IMG/VR virus record: IMGVR_UViG_3300049027_000045
Location: 1-44,429 of that record
Reading direction: 5' to 3' (one strand)
From: a virus
Lineage: Duplodnaviria > Caudoviricetes
DNA length: 44,429 bases
Below the pieces are notes generated by a model, which was given only the letters and a program-made list of their open reading frames with translations, searched no databases and was not told where the DNA came from. Of the stretch, positions 27,331-35,816 are shown piece by piece. The position numbers and the translations under genes are program-made. How positions within the stretch are numbered: the first letter of the stretch is position 1; every line of letters starts with the position of its first letter.

Positions 27331-28355
27331 TGGACATTGCAAGCCTGATGGGCGCGGGTGCCGGCGGCGGCTGGGCCAAGGTCGGCCAGGCGCTCGGCGG
27401 GATCGGCGGCGCCGGCGAGGAAAAGGCCTACGACGCGGCGCTCGCGCGCCAGCACGACCTCGAGCGCAAGCTGGCCGAGGCTCGCATCAAGCGCGACGAG
27501 GCGCTGCAACGCGAGCAGCTGACCGGCAACCTCGAGGGCCTGGTCAAGGATCCGGCGACCGCGCAGGCGCTGAGCTCGGTCATGCGCGCCGGGTTCGGCA
27601 ATTTCGACCAGGCGACCCAGGGCGCCGGCAACCTCATCGAGAACGATGCCCGCCGCGGCGCGCTCGATGCGGCCATGCGCGGCGACACCGACACCGCCAA
27701 CCGGCTCATCTCGGTCGGCAAGGGCGAGCCGCTCAAGGTGCGCGACATCGAGGCCGGGCAGGAATACAGCCCCTACCTGGCCAACGGCATCCCCACCACG
27801 GTCACCCCGGTCGGCCAGGCCGAGATCGCCCGCGACCTCGCCGCGGGTGCGGCCAGCCGTGCCAGCGCGGCGCGCTCGACCGCGGCGATCGACAACGACG
27901 CCGCGCGCGTCGACGTGCTGGTCAACAAGGAAGCCGAGCGCCTTATCAAGCTCATCGAGAAAGAGAACAAGACCACCCTCGACCAGGCCCAGCGCAGCGC
28001 GATCTACAACGCCGTTCGCAACGGCGACGACCTCAACCTCGAGTTCCCGCCGAGCGCCAAGCCGGCGACGCAATCCGGGCCGTCGATCGCCGACGCTATG
28101 CTCGGGCAGTCCGGCGGCAATGCGAACGCATCGTCGACGCCGGCGCCGAACCGCAACGCTAGCGGCATCTCGCCGATCGCCACCCGCGTGCCAGGCGCGC
28201 GTCGCGATCCGTACCGGCCCAAGACGCCGCGCGGCGCCGACTTCCAAGCCGCGCAGGCGGCGATCGAGGCGGGCAAGAGCTACGACGCCGTCGTCAAGCG
28301 CATGGTCGAGGCCGGCTATCCTGACGCCGCCACGATCCTCAAAAGGAAGCGCTAA
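27330..28355 (+). CDS. Putative ejection protein (341 aa)
   Basis: Gly-rich N-terminus; helical; TGATG coupling. Confidence 0.65.
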   Translation: MDIASLMGAGAGGGWAKVGQALGGIGGAGEEKAYDAALARQHDLERKLAEARIKRDEALQREQLTGNLEGLVKDPATAQALSSVMRAGFGNFDQATQGAGNLIENDARRGALDAAMRGDTDTANRLISVGKGEPLKVRDIEAGQEYSPYLANGIPTTVTPVGQAEIARDLAAGAASRASAARSTAAIDNDAARVDVLVNKEAERLIKLIEKENKTTLDQAQRSAIYNAVRNGDDLNLEFPPSAKPATQSGPSIADAMLGQSGGNANASSTPAPNRNASGISPIATRVPGARRDPYRPKTPRGADFQAAQAAIEAGKSYDAVVKRMVEAGYPDAATILKRKR

Positions 28356-28358
28356 GCC

Positions 28359-31300
28359 ATGCCTGTCGCGTTCGACGACCTGCCCGACGAGGACCTGGCC
28401 AGCGGCGGCCTGGCGTTCGACGATCTCCCCGACGAGCGGCCCAAGCGCCGCGTCGTCGATATGACCGCGAACCCGAACCGCCCGCTCGCCGACGACGAGG
28501 TCCCCGACTACAGCGGCACGTTCAAGCGCGACGTGCCGCTGCTCGAGCGTGCGATGCGCGGCTATGCGATCGGCGGCGAGCGGTTCAATCAGCTGGCCAA
28601 CTTCCTCGGCGGCGGCGCCGGCGCGGCGCTCGAGGCGATCCCGGGTGTGCAGTCGGTGCTCGAGTCGGTCACCGGCAACCGCACCGCGATCACCGATACC
28701 GCGTTCGCCGGCGTCGACGCGGCCGAGCGCCAGCTGCAACTGCTGCAACCGCAGGCTTCCGAGAACCGCAGCCTGGCCGGCAACGTGGTCGAGGCCGGCG
28801 CCGCGGCCGTGCCGGACCTGGCCGCCGCGATTCTCACCGGCGGCGAGTCGCTGGGCGCTCAGACCGCGATCGCACCGGTGCGCACCACCGCCCGCGCCGC
28901 GATCCAGCGCGAGCTCGAGCAGGCCGCGGCCACCTCGGCCCGCGCCTCGGTGCTGCCGGGTGCGACCCGCGGCGTCGAGCTCGGCCAGGACGTGATCGCC
29001 GCCGGCGGCACCCCGCTCGAGGCCGGCATCGCCGGCACCCAGGGCGCGGCCGCCACCGCGCTCACCAACATCATCCCGGCCAGCGCCAGCGGCAACGCGC
29101 TGGTGCGCGCCGGCCAGGGCGCCGTGGCCAACCCGGTCGCCGACGCGATCCAGACCCAGCTTGAGAACGCCGCGCTGCCCGACCGCCTCGGCCTCGACCA
29201 GGAAACCACGCCCGAGGACCTCATCGTCTCGGCGCTCATCGGCGGCCCGCTGGCGGTGGGCCTGGGCGAGCGCGGCCCCGACCGCATCAACGACCCGGTC
29301 GCGATGCGCGAGTTCGCGCCGCCGCCGGCGCCGGCCGAACCGGCGGCCAACCCGCTGGCCAGCGCCATCGCCGCGGCCATGAGCGGCCAGGCGGTCGACC
29401 CGGCCGGACTGGCCACGGCCGCACCGCCGGCGCCCGCCGTGGCGCCTGTGGCGCCGCCTGCTGCGCCTGCGCCGCGTTCGGCGACCGAGGCCGCGGCCAT
29501 CATCGACCGCCGCCTCGAGGCGCTGCGCGAGGCCGCCGCGGGCGCCAACGAGGACCGCGTGCGCGAGCTGCGCGCCGAGCAGGACGAGCTCGAGGCGCTG
29601 GTGCGCGAGCAGGACCAGCTCGACGCCGCCAGCGTCATGCGCGGCGCCGACACCCGCCTCGCCCCGGACGAGCGCGCCCGCGCCGACCAGCGCCGCCTCG
29701 AGGTGCGCGCCGAGCTCGAGCGCCTGCGTGGTGCGCGCGACGCCGCCGGCGAGCTGGCCAAGCTCGAGCGCACCCTGGCGCGCAGCCCGGACGACGCCGA
29801 CCTGGTGCGCGTGGCCGATTCGATCGAGCCGGCGCGTTCGCCTCAGTCCACGCCCGCGCAGCCCGCGCCGGCGCCGCCCCGGAGCGATGAACGTGTCGAA
29901 GCAGAAAACCAAGAAAGGCCCGAGCCGCAAGGCACCGAAGCAACGCAAGAACCCGCGCCCGCCGCTGCCGTTCCAGCCGCACCGAGCGCGCTGACGCCGC
30001 GCCGGCCCAAGGCCGCGCGCCCGATCGAGCCGGGCACCACCCGCGAGCAGCTGGTCGAGGAGTGGCGCGCCGCGCGCACGCCGGACGAAAAGGCCCAGGC
30101 CGCTGCGCGCATCGCCGAGTTTTCCGCCGCCGAGTCGGGCGGCGAACCTTCGCCCGCCAGCCGGGCGCAGCCGCGCGCCGGCGTCTCCCGCCGTGGGGAT
30201 GCTGACGCCGAGGTGCGCGCTGCGCTCGGCCCGGCGGCCGAGGGCGTCACCATCGTCGCCAGTAAGGCCGACCTGCCCGCCGACGTGGCCAGCCGCTACG
30301 GCCTCAACGAGCGCACCAACGACAACGTGGAGGGGTTCTACGACCCCAACACCGGCATCGCCTACGTCATCGAGTCCGACCTCGACACCTCGAGCATGAC
30401 GCCGGAGCGGCGCAAGGTATGGGTCGCCGCGCATGAGCGCGCCGGCCACGCCGGACTGCGCGGCATGTTCGCCGAGGAGAGTGGTGGCGCGGCCGAGATG
30501 CAGCGCATGCTCGCCCGCGCCGAGCAGAACGACACCATCGCCGCGTTCGCCGAGGAGATGCGCCGGCAGCGCCCCGGGGACGCCCGCTTTGCCGTCGAGG
30601 AGGCGCTCAGTGAGCTGGCCGCCGCGGCGCGCACCGGCGATTACGACCACCTGCGCGAGCGCTACGGCATCGAGATCCCGCAGGCGCAGCGCGCCACGCT
30701 GCGCGGCTACATCGACCGCCTGGTGCAGGCGATCCGGCGCGCGTTCGGCTGGGACAAGGCCGACGTGCCGGATGCGGAGATCTACCGCCTTATCGAGGAC
30801 GCCAACCGCTACGTGCGCGCGAACCCGCAGGCGCGCGGCACCAGCGCGGCCGCGCGCCGGGCGCCGGCCAGCCGCGCCCGCGACGACGAGTTCGACCTCG
30901 AGCTCGACGACGATTTCGGCGGGTTCGAGAACAACGCCAGCGGCGAAAGCGCGGCCAGCCTCGAGGCCATCGGCCGCATTCGCGAGGAGCGCGACCTTGG
31001 CCGCGTGCGCATGCTCATCGACCGCGACGGCACGGTGCGCCCGATCGTTGGCGTCGACGCCGTCGACACCTTCGCGCGCCCGGGTCAGATCATCGTGCAG
31101 CGCAACCTCGGCGGCGATGAGTGGACCGCGATCTCGACCGACCCGGCGATGTCGCGCGACCTGGTCGCTGGCAAGATCAACGCCGCGCGCAGCAAGCTCG
31201 CCGACGCGCTCGAGGACGAGGACGTCATCGCCTCGCGCGGGCGCTCGATGCGCATTGCGGACCTGCCGCGCGATATGCGCGAGGACCTGTTCAACAACTA

Positions 31301-34300
31301 CGCCATGTTCACCGACCCGGACGCGCGGCAACGTGCGTTCGAGATGAAGCGCCTGCCGGGCGGCATGCTGCGGCTGGACGGCGTCAAGGTCGCCCGCATC
31401 CCCGACAGCCAGCTCGAGGACTACATCGCGGCCGGTGCCGACAACCTGCCGCCGGTGCTCATCGCCGACAACCGCCTCATCGACGGCCAGCACCGCATCG
31501 CCGCGGCGCGCAAGCAAGGCGTCACCGAGCTGCCCTACCTCGACGCCACCGGCGTGCACGACACCGAGGAGGCCGGCTATATTTCCGACCTGCCGGACGG
31601 CGCGACCGGCGAACGCCCGATCGCGTCGCGACGTCGCAAGGGAGAGGGTGACGATGGCCAGGCCGATCAACCCGAAGGTCGCCGCGGTGCTCGCCGCGCA
31701 GCGGATCGCCAACCCGGTGCTCGCGGCCAAGACCGCGCGCCTGGTGGCGCAGATGACCGCCCCGTCGATCAAACCGAAACTCCCGCGTTCCGGCGGTGGT
31801 TCGGCGAGTCCAAGGTAGTCGACGACGACGGCAACCCGTTGCAGGTCTACCACGGCACCGCGTTCGACTTCGATACGTTCGAGGGCTACGAGATCGTCGG
31901 CTGGTTCAGCGAGGACCCTGAGCTCACGCAGCGCCACGCCGAAAGCCATGAGCCGGACGTCGACGAGGACGACCCGGAATTCAGCACCACCGGCGCGATG
32001 CGCTCGGTGCCGGCGTACCTGTCGGTGCAGAAGCCGGTCGAGATCGAGGGCGTCGATATGAATGACGCGCTGGACGTCGACGCGGTGAGCGCGGCGCTGT
32101 CGGGTGCCGGCGTCGAGATCACGCCGGAGCTCGAGAAGCACCTGCGCGCCAACGAAGGTGAGCCGGTGTGGTTCGCGATCAACCGCGCCGAGTTCGAGGG
32201 GGCTGTCGCCAAGCAAGGGTTCGACGGCATCCACGTCAACGAGGATGGCGTCGCCACCTGGGGCGTGTTTAAGGCCAATCAGATCAAGTCCTCCATCGCC
32301 AACAACGGCGAGTTCGATCCAGACAGCGACAGCATCATCGCCAGCCGTCGCCGCAGCGAGGACGACAGCGCGATCGACACGTCGCCGGGCGGGCCGCGCG
32401 ATTTCAAGGTCGGCAACACGACGATCGAATACGGCATCGGGCGCGACGGCACGGCCGAGGTGATCCTGGTGCGCACGCCGCCGGCCAATCGCCGCCAGGG
32501 CAGTGCGCGCGAGGCCATGCGCCAGTTCCTCGAGCAGACCGATGCGGCCGGCCTCGAGGTGCGCCTCACCGCGTCGCCGATGGGAAAGGGTGGCGCCGGC
32601 AAGGCGGCGCTCGAGCGGTTCTACCGCGACCTCGGGTTCAAGCCAAACAAAGGCCGCGCGCGCGACTTCGCCACGCGCCACACGCTGATTCGTAAGCCGC
32701 AGGCCGGCGAGCCGATCGCCAGCCGCCGCACGCCGGCGCAGGCGCGCGCCGAACGCCAGCAGCGCCTGGGCGTGCTGGCCAATGCCGGCATGCCGCAGGG
32801 CACGCCGGTGCAGGCCACGCCGGGCGGCCGCTTCGAGGGCCTGCGCGAGTCGGTCGACCGCCTGCGCGGCAAGCTACAGGACAGCATGCTGCCGGTGCGT
32901 CGCGCGCAGGAGCGCGCGGCCGCGGCCAAGGGCGGCCTGGTCAACAAGCCGGGCGTGAGCACCTGGTCGCTGGACGACACGCTCAACGCCTACCGGCTCG
33001 AGAACCTCATGCACGGCCGCGCCAAGGACCGCGCCGAAACCGCCGACCTCGAGCTCATCAAGCCGATGCAGAACGCGCTGCGCCGCACCGGCCGCACGCT
33101 CGAGCAGCTCAGCGATTACGTCTATGCGCTGCACGCGCCCGAGCGCAATGCGCAGGTGGCCAAGGTCAACAAGGCGATGCCGGACGCGGGCAGCGGCATC
33201 ACCACCAAGATGGCGCAGGACATCCTCGCCGGCACCGAGCCGGGACCGTACAGCGGGAAAAAGCTCACGCCCGAGGACATCCGCATCCTCGAGGGGATCT
33301 ACCAGCGCAACATCGTGCCGATGCGTGATCGCACCCTCGATTACATGGTCGAGGGCCAGCAGATCCCGCCGGCGCTGGCGCAGCAGCTGCGCCAGGTGTA
33401 TCCGAACTACGTGCCGATGCGCGGCAAGGAATCCGAGTTCGAGGGTTTCGCCGGTGGCACCGGCAAGGGCCTCAGCGGCAAGCGCTCGCCGATCAAGCGC
33501 GCGCTCGGCCGCGGCGTCGACAACATCCCGGTCAACGTGATCGGCGAGCTGGTCGGCGATTTGCAGCGCTCGATCGTCGCCGCGGAAAAGGCGCGGGTTA
33601 ACCAGGCGTTCCTCAAGTTCGCGCTCGAGAACCCGATGGATGACCTGTTCAAGGTCGAGCCGGTCGATCTCGAGTGGAAATACAGCGACGCCACCGGCGA
33701 GGCGTACCTCGGCGTGCGCAGCCGCGGCGAGGACGTCGACCGGGTGATGACCGTTATGCACAACGGCGAGCCGGTCAACATCCGGTTCGAGGATCCCGAG
33801 CTGCGCGACGCGGTGCTCAACATGGGAGCCGAGGATTTCCGCACCTTCACCAAGATCGTCGGCGTGGTGAACCGCTGGCGCTCGGCCGTGCTCACCCGCT
33901 TCAACCCGGCGTTCCCGGCGGTCAACATCCTGCGCGACCTCAATTTCGGCCTGTCCGCCATCGCTGCGGAAAAGGGCGTCGGCTCGGCGTTCAAGAGCGC
34001 GGGCACCTATCCGGCCGCGCTGCGCGCGCTGTGGCGCGACCAGGCGCAGCGCCGCGGCGACAGCAGCGTGCCCAACGCGCGCAAGAGCTGGGACGATTGG
34101 GCGCGCGAATACGCCGAGGGTGGCGCCAAGACCGGCCTCACCGTGGTCGACGATCCGGCCGACTTGCAGCGCCGCCTCAGCGACGCCAGCGTGGGCCTCA
34201 TGCGCCTGGCCGCACAGGGCCGGCCGTGGAGCCTGGCGAAAGAGTCGGTGGTGCGCACGGTCAAGCCGATCGCCGAGACGATCGAGCGCGTCAACGACGC

Positions 34301-35816
34301 GACCGAGAACGCGCTGCGCCTGGCGATCTACCGCGACCAGCGCCTCAAGGGCGAAAGCCAGGAAAAGGCCGCCGAATACGCCAAGAACGTGACCATCAAT
34401 TTCAACCGCAAGGGCACGCTCGGCCCGGCGTTGAATGCGCTGTACCTGTTCTACAACGCCAGTGTGCAGGGCACGCATGCGGTGCAGCGCGTGCTGCGCC
34501 GCCCGGGCGTGCAGGCGTACCTCGCCGGCCTGCTCGGGCTCCAGGCGATGCTGGCGCAGCAGATGATGGAGGAGGACGAGGACCTCGACGGCGTCACCGC
34601 CTGGGACACCGTGCCGGACTACGTCAAGCGCACCAGCCTGGTGATTCCGCTGGGCAGCATGACCGGCAACCAGCGCGACTATTTCGCGCTGCCGATGCCC
34701 TACGGGTTCAACCTGGCGCCGTACCTCGGCGGCCGCGGCATGCAACATTACCGGTTCGGCAAGCGCCCGACCGACAGCAGCCTGGCCAGCGATATGGCCA
34801 AGAGCGCCACCGAGGCGTTCAGCCCGTTGCCGCTCGGCGAGGGCTACGGCGCCATGTTCGGCGACACCCTCGGGTTCGCGATGCAGCTGGCCAGCAACCG
34901 CGACGACCTGGGCCGCCAGATCGCGACCGAGAACCCTTACGCCGACTACGCCGAGCCGCGCGCGCTCACCGGCCGCGTCGACACGCCGCGCGTGTATCAG
35001 TCGGCCGCGCAGCTGCTGGCCAAGGCCGGCGGCGGTGACCTCGACGAGCGCATTGCGCCGGTCGGCTACCTCGACGTCGCGCCCGAACAGATCGAGGCGA
35101 CGGTGGGCTACGCGCTCGGCGGCATCGGCAACCTCGGCAACAAGTCACAACGCTGGTGGGAGCAGCTCGACGCCGGCAATTTCGAGGGCACGATGGACAT
35201 GGTGAGCCAGGCGCCGATCGCCAGCCGCCTGGTCGGCCGCGGCAGCCCGGAGCGCACCATCGCCGAGCGCTACTACGGCGAGCGCGGCGAGCTGGCGCGC
35301 AAGCTCGACGTGCTACAGGACCGCATCGCCCGCGGCGAGGATCCCGACCAGGTGCTCGCCAGTGCGGCCGAGCGCGACCCGACCCTCGGCGGCCTCAGTG
35401 CCGCGCGCCGCAAGCGCCCGGGCAAGAACGGCGGCGAGGCCGGCGACGTCAAGCGCACCGCCGGCGGCGGCGCCCAGGTCGACACCGAGGAGGGCTATAC
35501 CCCCTCGGTGCTCAAGAGCACCGAGAAAGCGGTCAAGGCGGTCAACAAGGCGATCAAGTCGGTGCGCAACCCGGACGCGACCAACGCCGAGGTGGTCGCC
35601 GCGCTCGAGGGCTTGGCCGAGGAGCGGATCGAAACCGTGCTCGGCCTGCCCGACGACTACGACGGCGAGGCCAAGGCGCCCAACCGCGTGCGCCAGCGTG
35701 CGCTCAAGGCGTTGCAGAAGATCCGCGCGCGCGAGCAGCAGCGCCTGCTCAAGTCGGTGCAGCTCGAGCGCCGCGTGCGCCAGGGGCGCGACCAGGCGCG
35801 CGAGGGTGGGCGGTAA
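28359..35816 (+). CDS. Large polyvalent virion/ejection protein: zincin peptidase-like, unknown, ParB/Srx, ART-PolyVal, GNAT and LPD38-like domains (2485 aa)
   Basis: HERAGH 30432 and EEALSE 30597; PPVLI..LIDGQHR 31482; FRRWFGESKVVD..G.PL.VYHGT 31797-31859...QIKS..NNGEFD; RRQGSA 32490..FYRDLGF; WD.VPDYVK..LVIP..YFALPMPYGF 34602. Confidence 0.85.
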   Translation: MPVAFDDLPDEDLASGGLAFDDLPDERPKRRVVDMTANPNRPLADDEVPDYSGTFKRDVPLLERAMRGYAIGGERFNQLANFLGGGAGAALEAIPGVQSVLESVTGNRTAITDTAFAGVDAAERQLQLLQPQASENRSLAGNVVEAGAAAVPDLAAAILTGGESLGAQTAIAPVRTTARAAIQRELEQAAATSARASVLPGATRGVELGQDVIAAGGTPLEAGIAGTQGAAATALTNIIPASASGNALVRAGQGAVANPVADAIQTQLENAALPDRLGLDQETTPEDLIVSALIGGPLAVGLGERGPDRINDPVAMREFAPPPAPAEPAANPLASAIAAAMSGQAVDPAGLATAAPPAPAVAPVAPPAAPAPRSATEAAAIIDRRLEALREAAAGANEDRVRELRAEQDELEALVREQDQLDAASVMRGADTRLAPDERARADQRRLEVRAELERLRGARDAAGELAKLERTLARSPDDADLVRVADSIEPARSPQSTPAQPAPAPPRSDERVEAENQERPEPQGTEATQEPAPAAAVPAAPSALTPRRPKAARPIEPGTTREQLVEEWRAARTPDEKAQAAARIAEFSAAESGGEPSPASRAQPRAGVSRRGDADAEVRAALGPAAEGVTIVASKADLPADVASRYGLNERTNDNVEGFYDPNTGIAYVIESDLDTSSMTPERRKVWVAAHERAGHAGLRGMFAEESGGAAEMQRMLARAEQNDTIAAFAEEMRRQRPGDARFAVEEALSELAAAARTGDYDHLRERYGIEIPQAQRATLRGYIDRLVQAIRRAFGWDKADVPDAEIYRLIEDANRYVRANPQARGTSAAARRAPASRARDDEFDLELDDDFGGFENNASGESAASLEAIGRIREERDLGRVRMLIDRDGTVRPIVGVDAVDTFARPGQIIVQRNLGGDEWTAISTDPAMSRDLVAGKINAARSKLADALEDEDVIASRGRSMRIADLPRDMREDLFNNYAMFTDPDARQRAFEMKRLPGGMLRLDGVKVARIPDSQLEDYIAAGADNLPPVLIADNRLIDGQHRIAAARKQGVTELPYLDATGVHDTEEAGYISDLPDGATGERPIASRRRKGEGDDGQADQPEGRRGARRAADRQPGARGQDRAPGGADDRPVDQTETPAFRRWFGESKVVDDDGNPLQVYHGTAFDFDTFEGYEIVGWFSEDPELTQRHAESHEPDVDEDDPEFSTTGAMRSVPAYLSVQKPVEIEGVDMNDALDVDAVSAALSGAGVEITPELEKHLRANEGEPVWFAINRAEFEGAVAKQGFDGIHVNEDGVATWGVFKANQIKSSIANNGEFDPDSDSIIASRRRSEDDSAIDTSPGGPRDFKVGNTTIEYGIGRDGTAEVILVRTPPANRRQGSAREAMRQFLEQTDAAGLEVRLTASPMGKGGAGKAALERFYRDLGFKPNKGRARDFATRHTLIRKPQAGEPIASRRTPAQARAERQQRLGVLANAGMPQGTPVQATPGGRFEGLRESVDRLRGKLQDSMLPVRRAQERAAAAKGGLVNKPGVSTWSLDDTLNAYRLENLMHGRAKDRAETADLELIKPMQNALRRTGRTLEQLSDYVYALHAPERNAQVAKVNKAMPDAGSGITTKMAQDILAGTEPGPYSGKKLTPEDIRILEGIYQRNIVPMRDRTLDYMVEGQQIPPALAQQLRQVYPNYVPMRGKESEFEGFAGGTGKGLSGKRSPIKRALGRGVDNIPVNVIGELVGDLQRSIVAAEKARVNQAFLKFALENPMDDLFKVEPVDLEWKYSDATGEAYLGVRSRGEDVDRVMTVMHNGEPVNIRFEDPELRDAVLNMGAEDFRTFTKIVGVVNRWRSAVLTRFNPAFPAVNILRDLNFGLSAIAAEKGVGSAFKSAGTYPAALRALWRDQAQRRGDSSVPNARKSWDDWAREYAEGGAKTGLTVVDDPADLQRRLSDASVGLMRLAAQGRPWSLAKESVVRTVKPIAETIERVNDATENALRLAIYRDQRLKGESQEKAAEYAKNVTINFNRKGTLGPALNALYLFYNASVQGTHAVQRVLRRPGVQAYLAGLLGLQAMLAQQMMEEDEDLDGVTAWDTVPDYVKRTSLVIPLGSMTGNQRDYFALPMPYGFNLAPYLGGRGMQHYRFGKRPTDSSLASDMAKSATEAFSPLPLGEGYGAMFGDTLGFAMQLASNRDDLGRQIATENPYADYAEPRALTGRVDTPRVYQSAAQLLAKAGGGDLDERIAPVGYLDVAPEQIEATVGYALGGIGNLGNKSQRWWEQLDAGNFEGTMDMVSQAPIASRLVGRGSPERTIAERYYGERGELARKLDVLQDRIARGEDPDQVLASAAERDPTLGGLSAARRKRPGKNGGEAGDVKRTAGGGAQVDTEEGYTPSVLKSTEKAVKAVNKAIKSVRNPDATNAEVVAALEGLAEERIETVLGLPDDYDGEAKAPNRVRQRALKALQKIRAREQQRLLKSVQLERRVRQGRDQAREGGR
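29893..29994 (+). CDS. Candidate nested +1-frame basic peptide (33 aa from GTG 29893; 35 aa from ATG 29887)
   Basis: GGAG at 29881; MSKQKTKKGPSRKAPKQRKNPRPPLPFQPHRAR; codon bias switches to the +1 frame. Confidence 0.5.
   Translation: MSKQKTKKGPSRKAPKQRKNPRPPLPFQPHRAR
31654..31818 (+). CDS. Candidate nested +1-frame peptide (54 aa) overlapping the start of the ART domain
   Basis: AAGGGAGAGGGTGA RBS; MARPINPKVAAVLAAQRIANPVLAAKTARLVAQMTAPSIKPKLPRSGGGSASPR; preferred codons in +1 frame. Confidence 0.6.
   Translation: MARPINPKVAAVLAAQRIANPVLAAKTARLVAQMTAPSIKPKLPRSGGGSASPR

Noticed and set aside
30193-30399. Another nested +1 ORF in the polyvalent gene
   Set aside because: The main frame keeps normal codon bias here and the product looks like a typical frame shadow
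27204-32681. 1825-aa minus-strand ORF
   Set aside because: Antisense shadow of GC3-biased plus-strand genes; no motifs or RBS
35217-35228. Sixth IASR motif
   Set aside because: Lies within the C-terminal LPD38-associated region, not at an evident module boundary; may be coincidental
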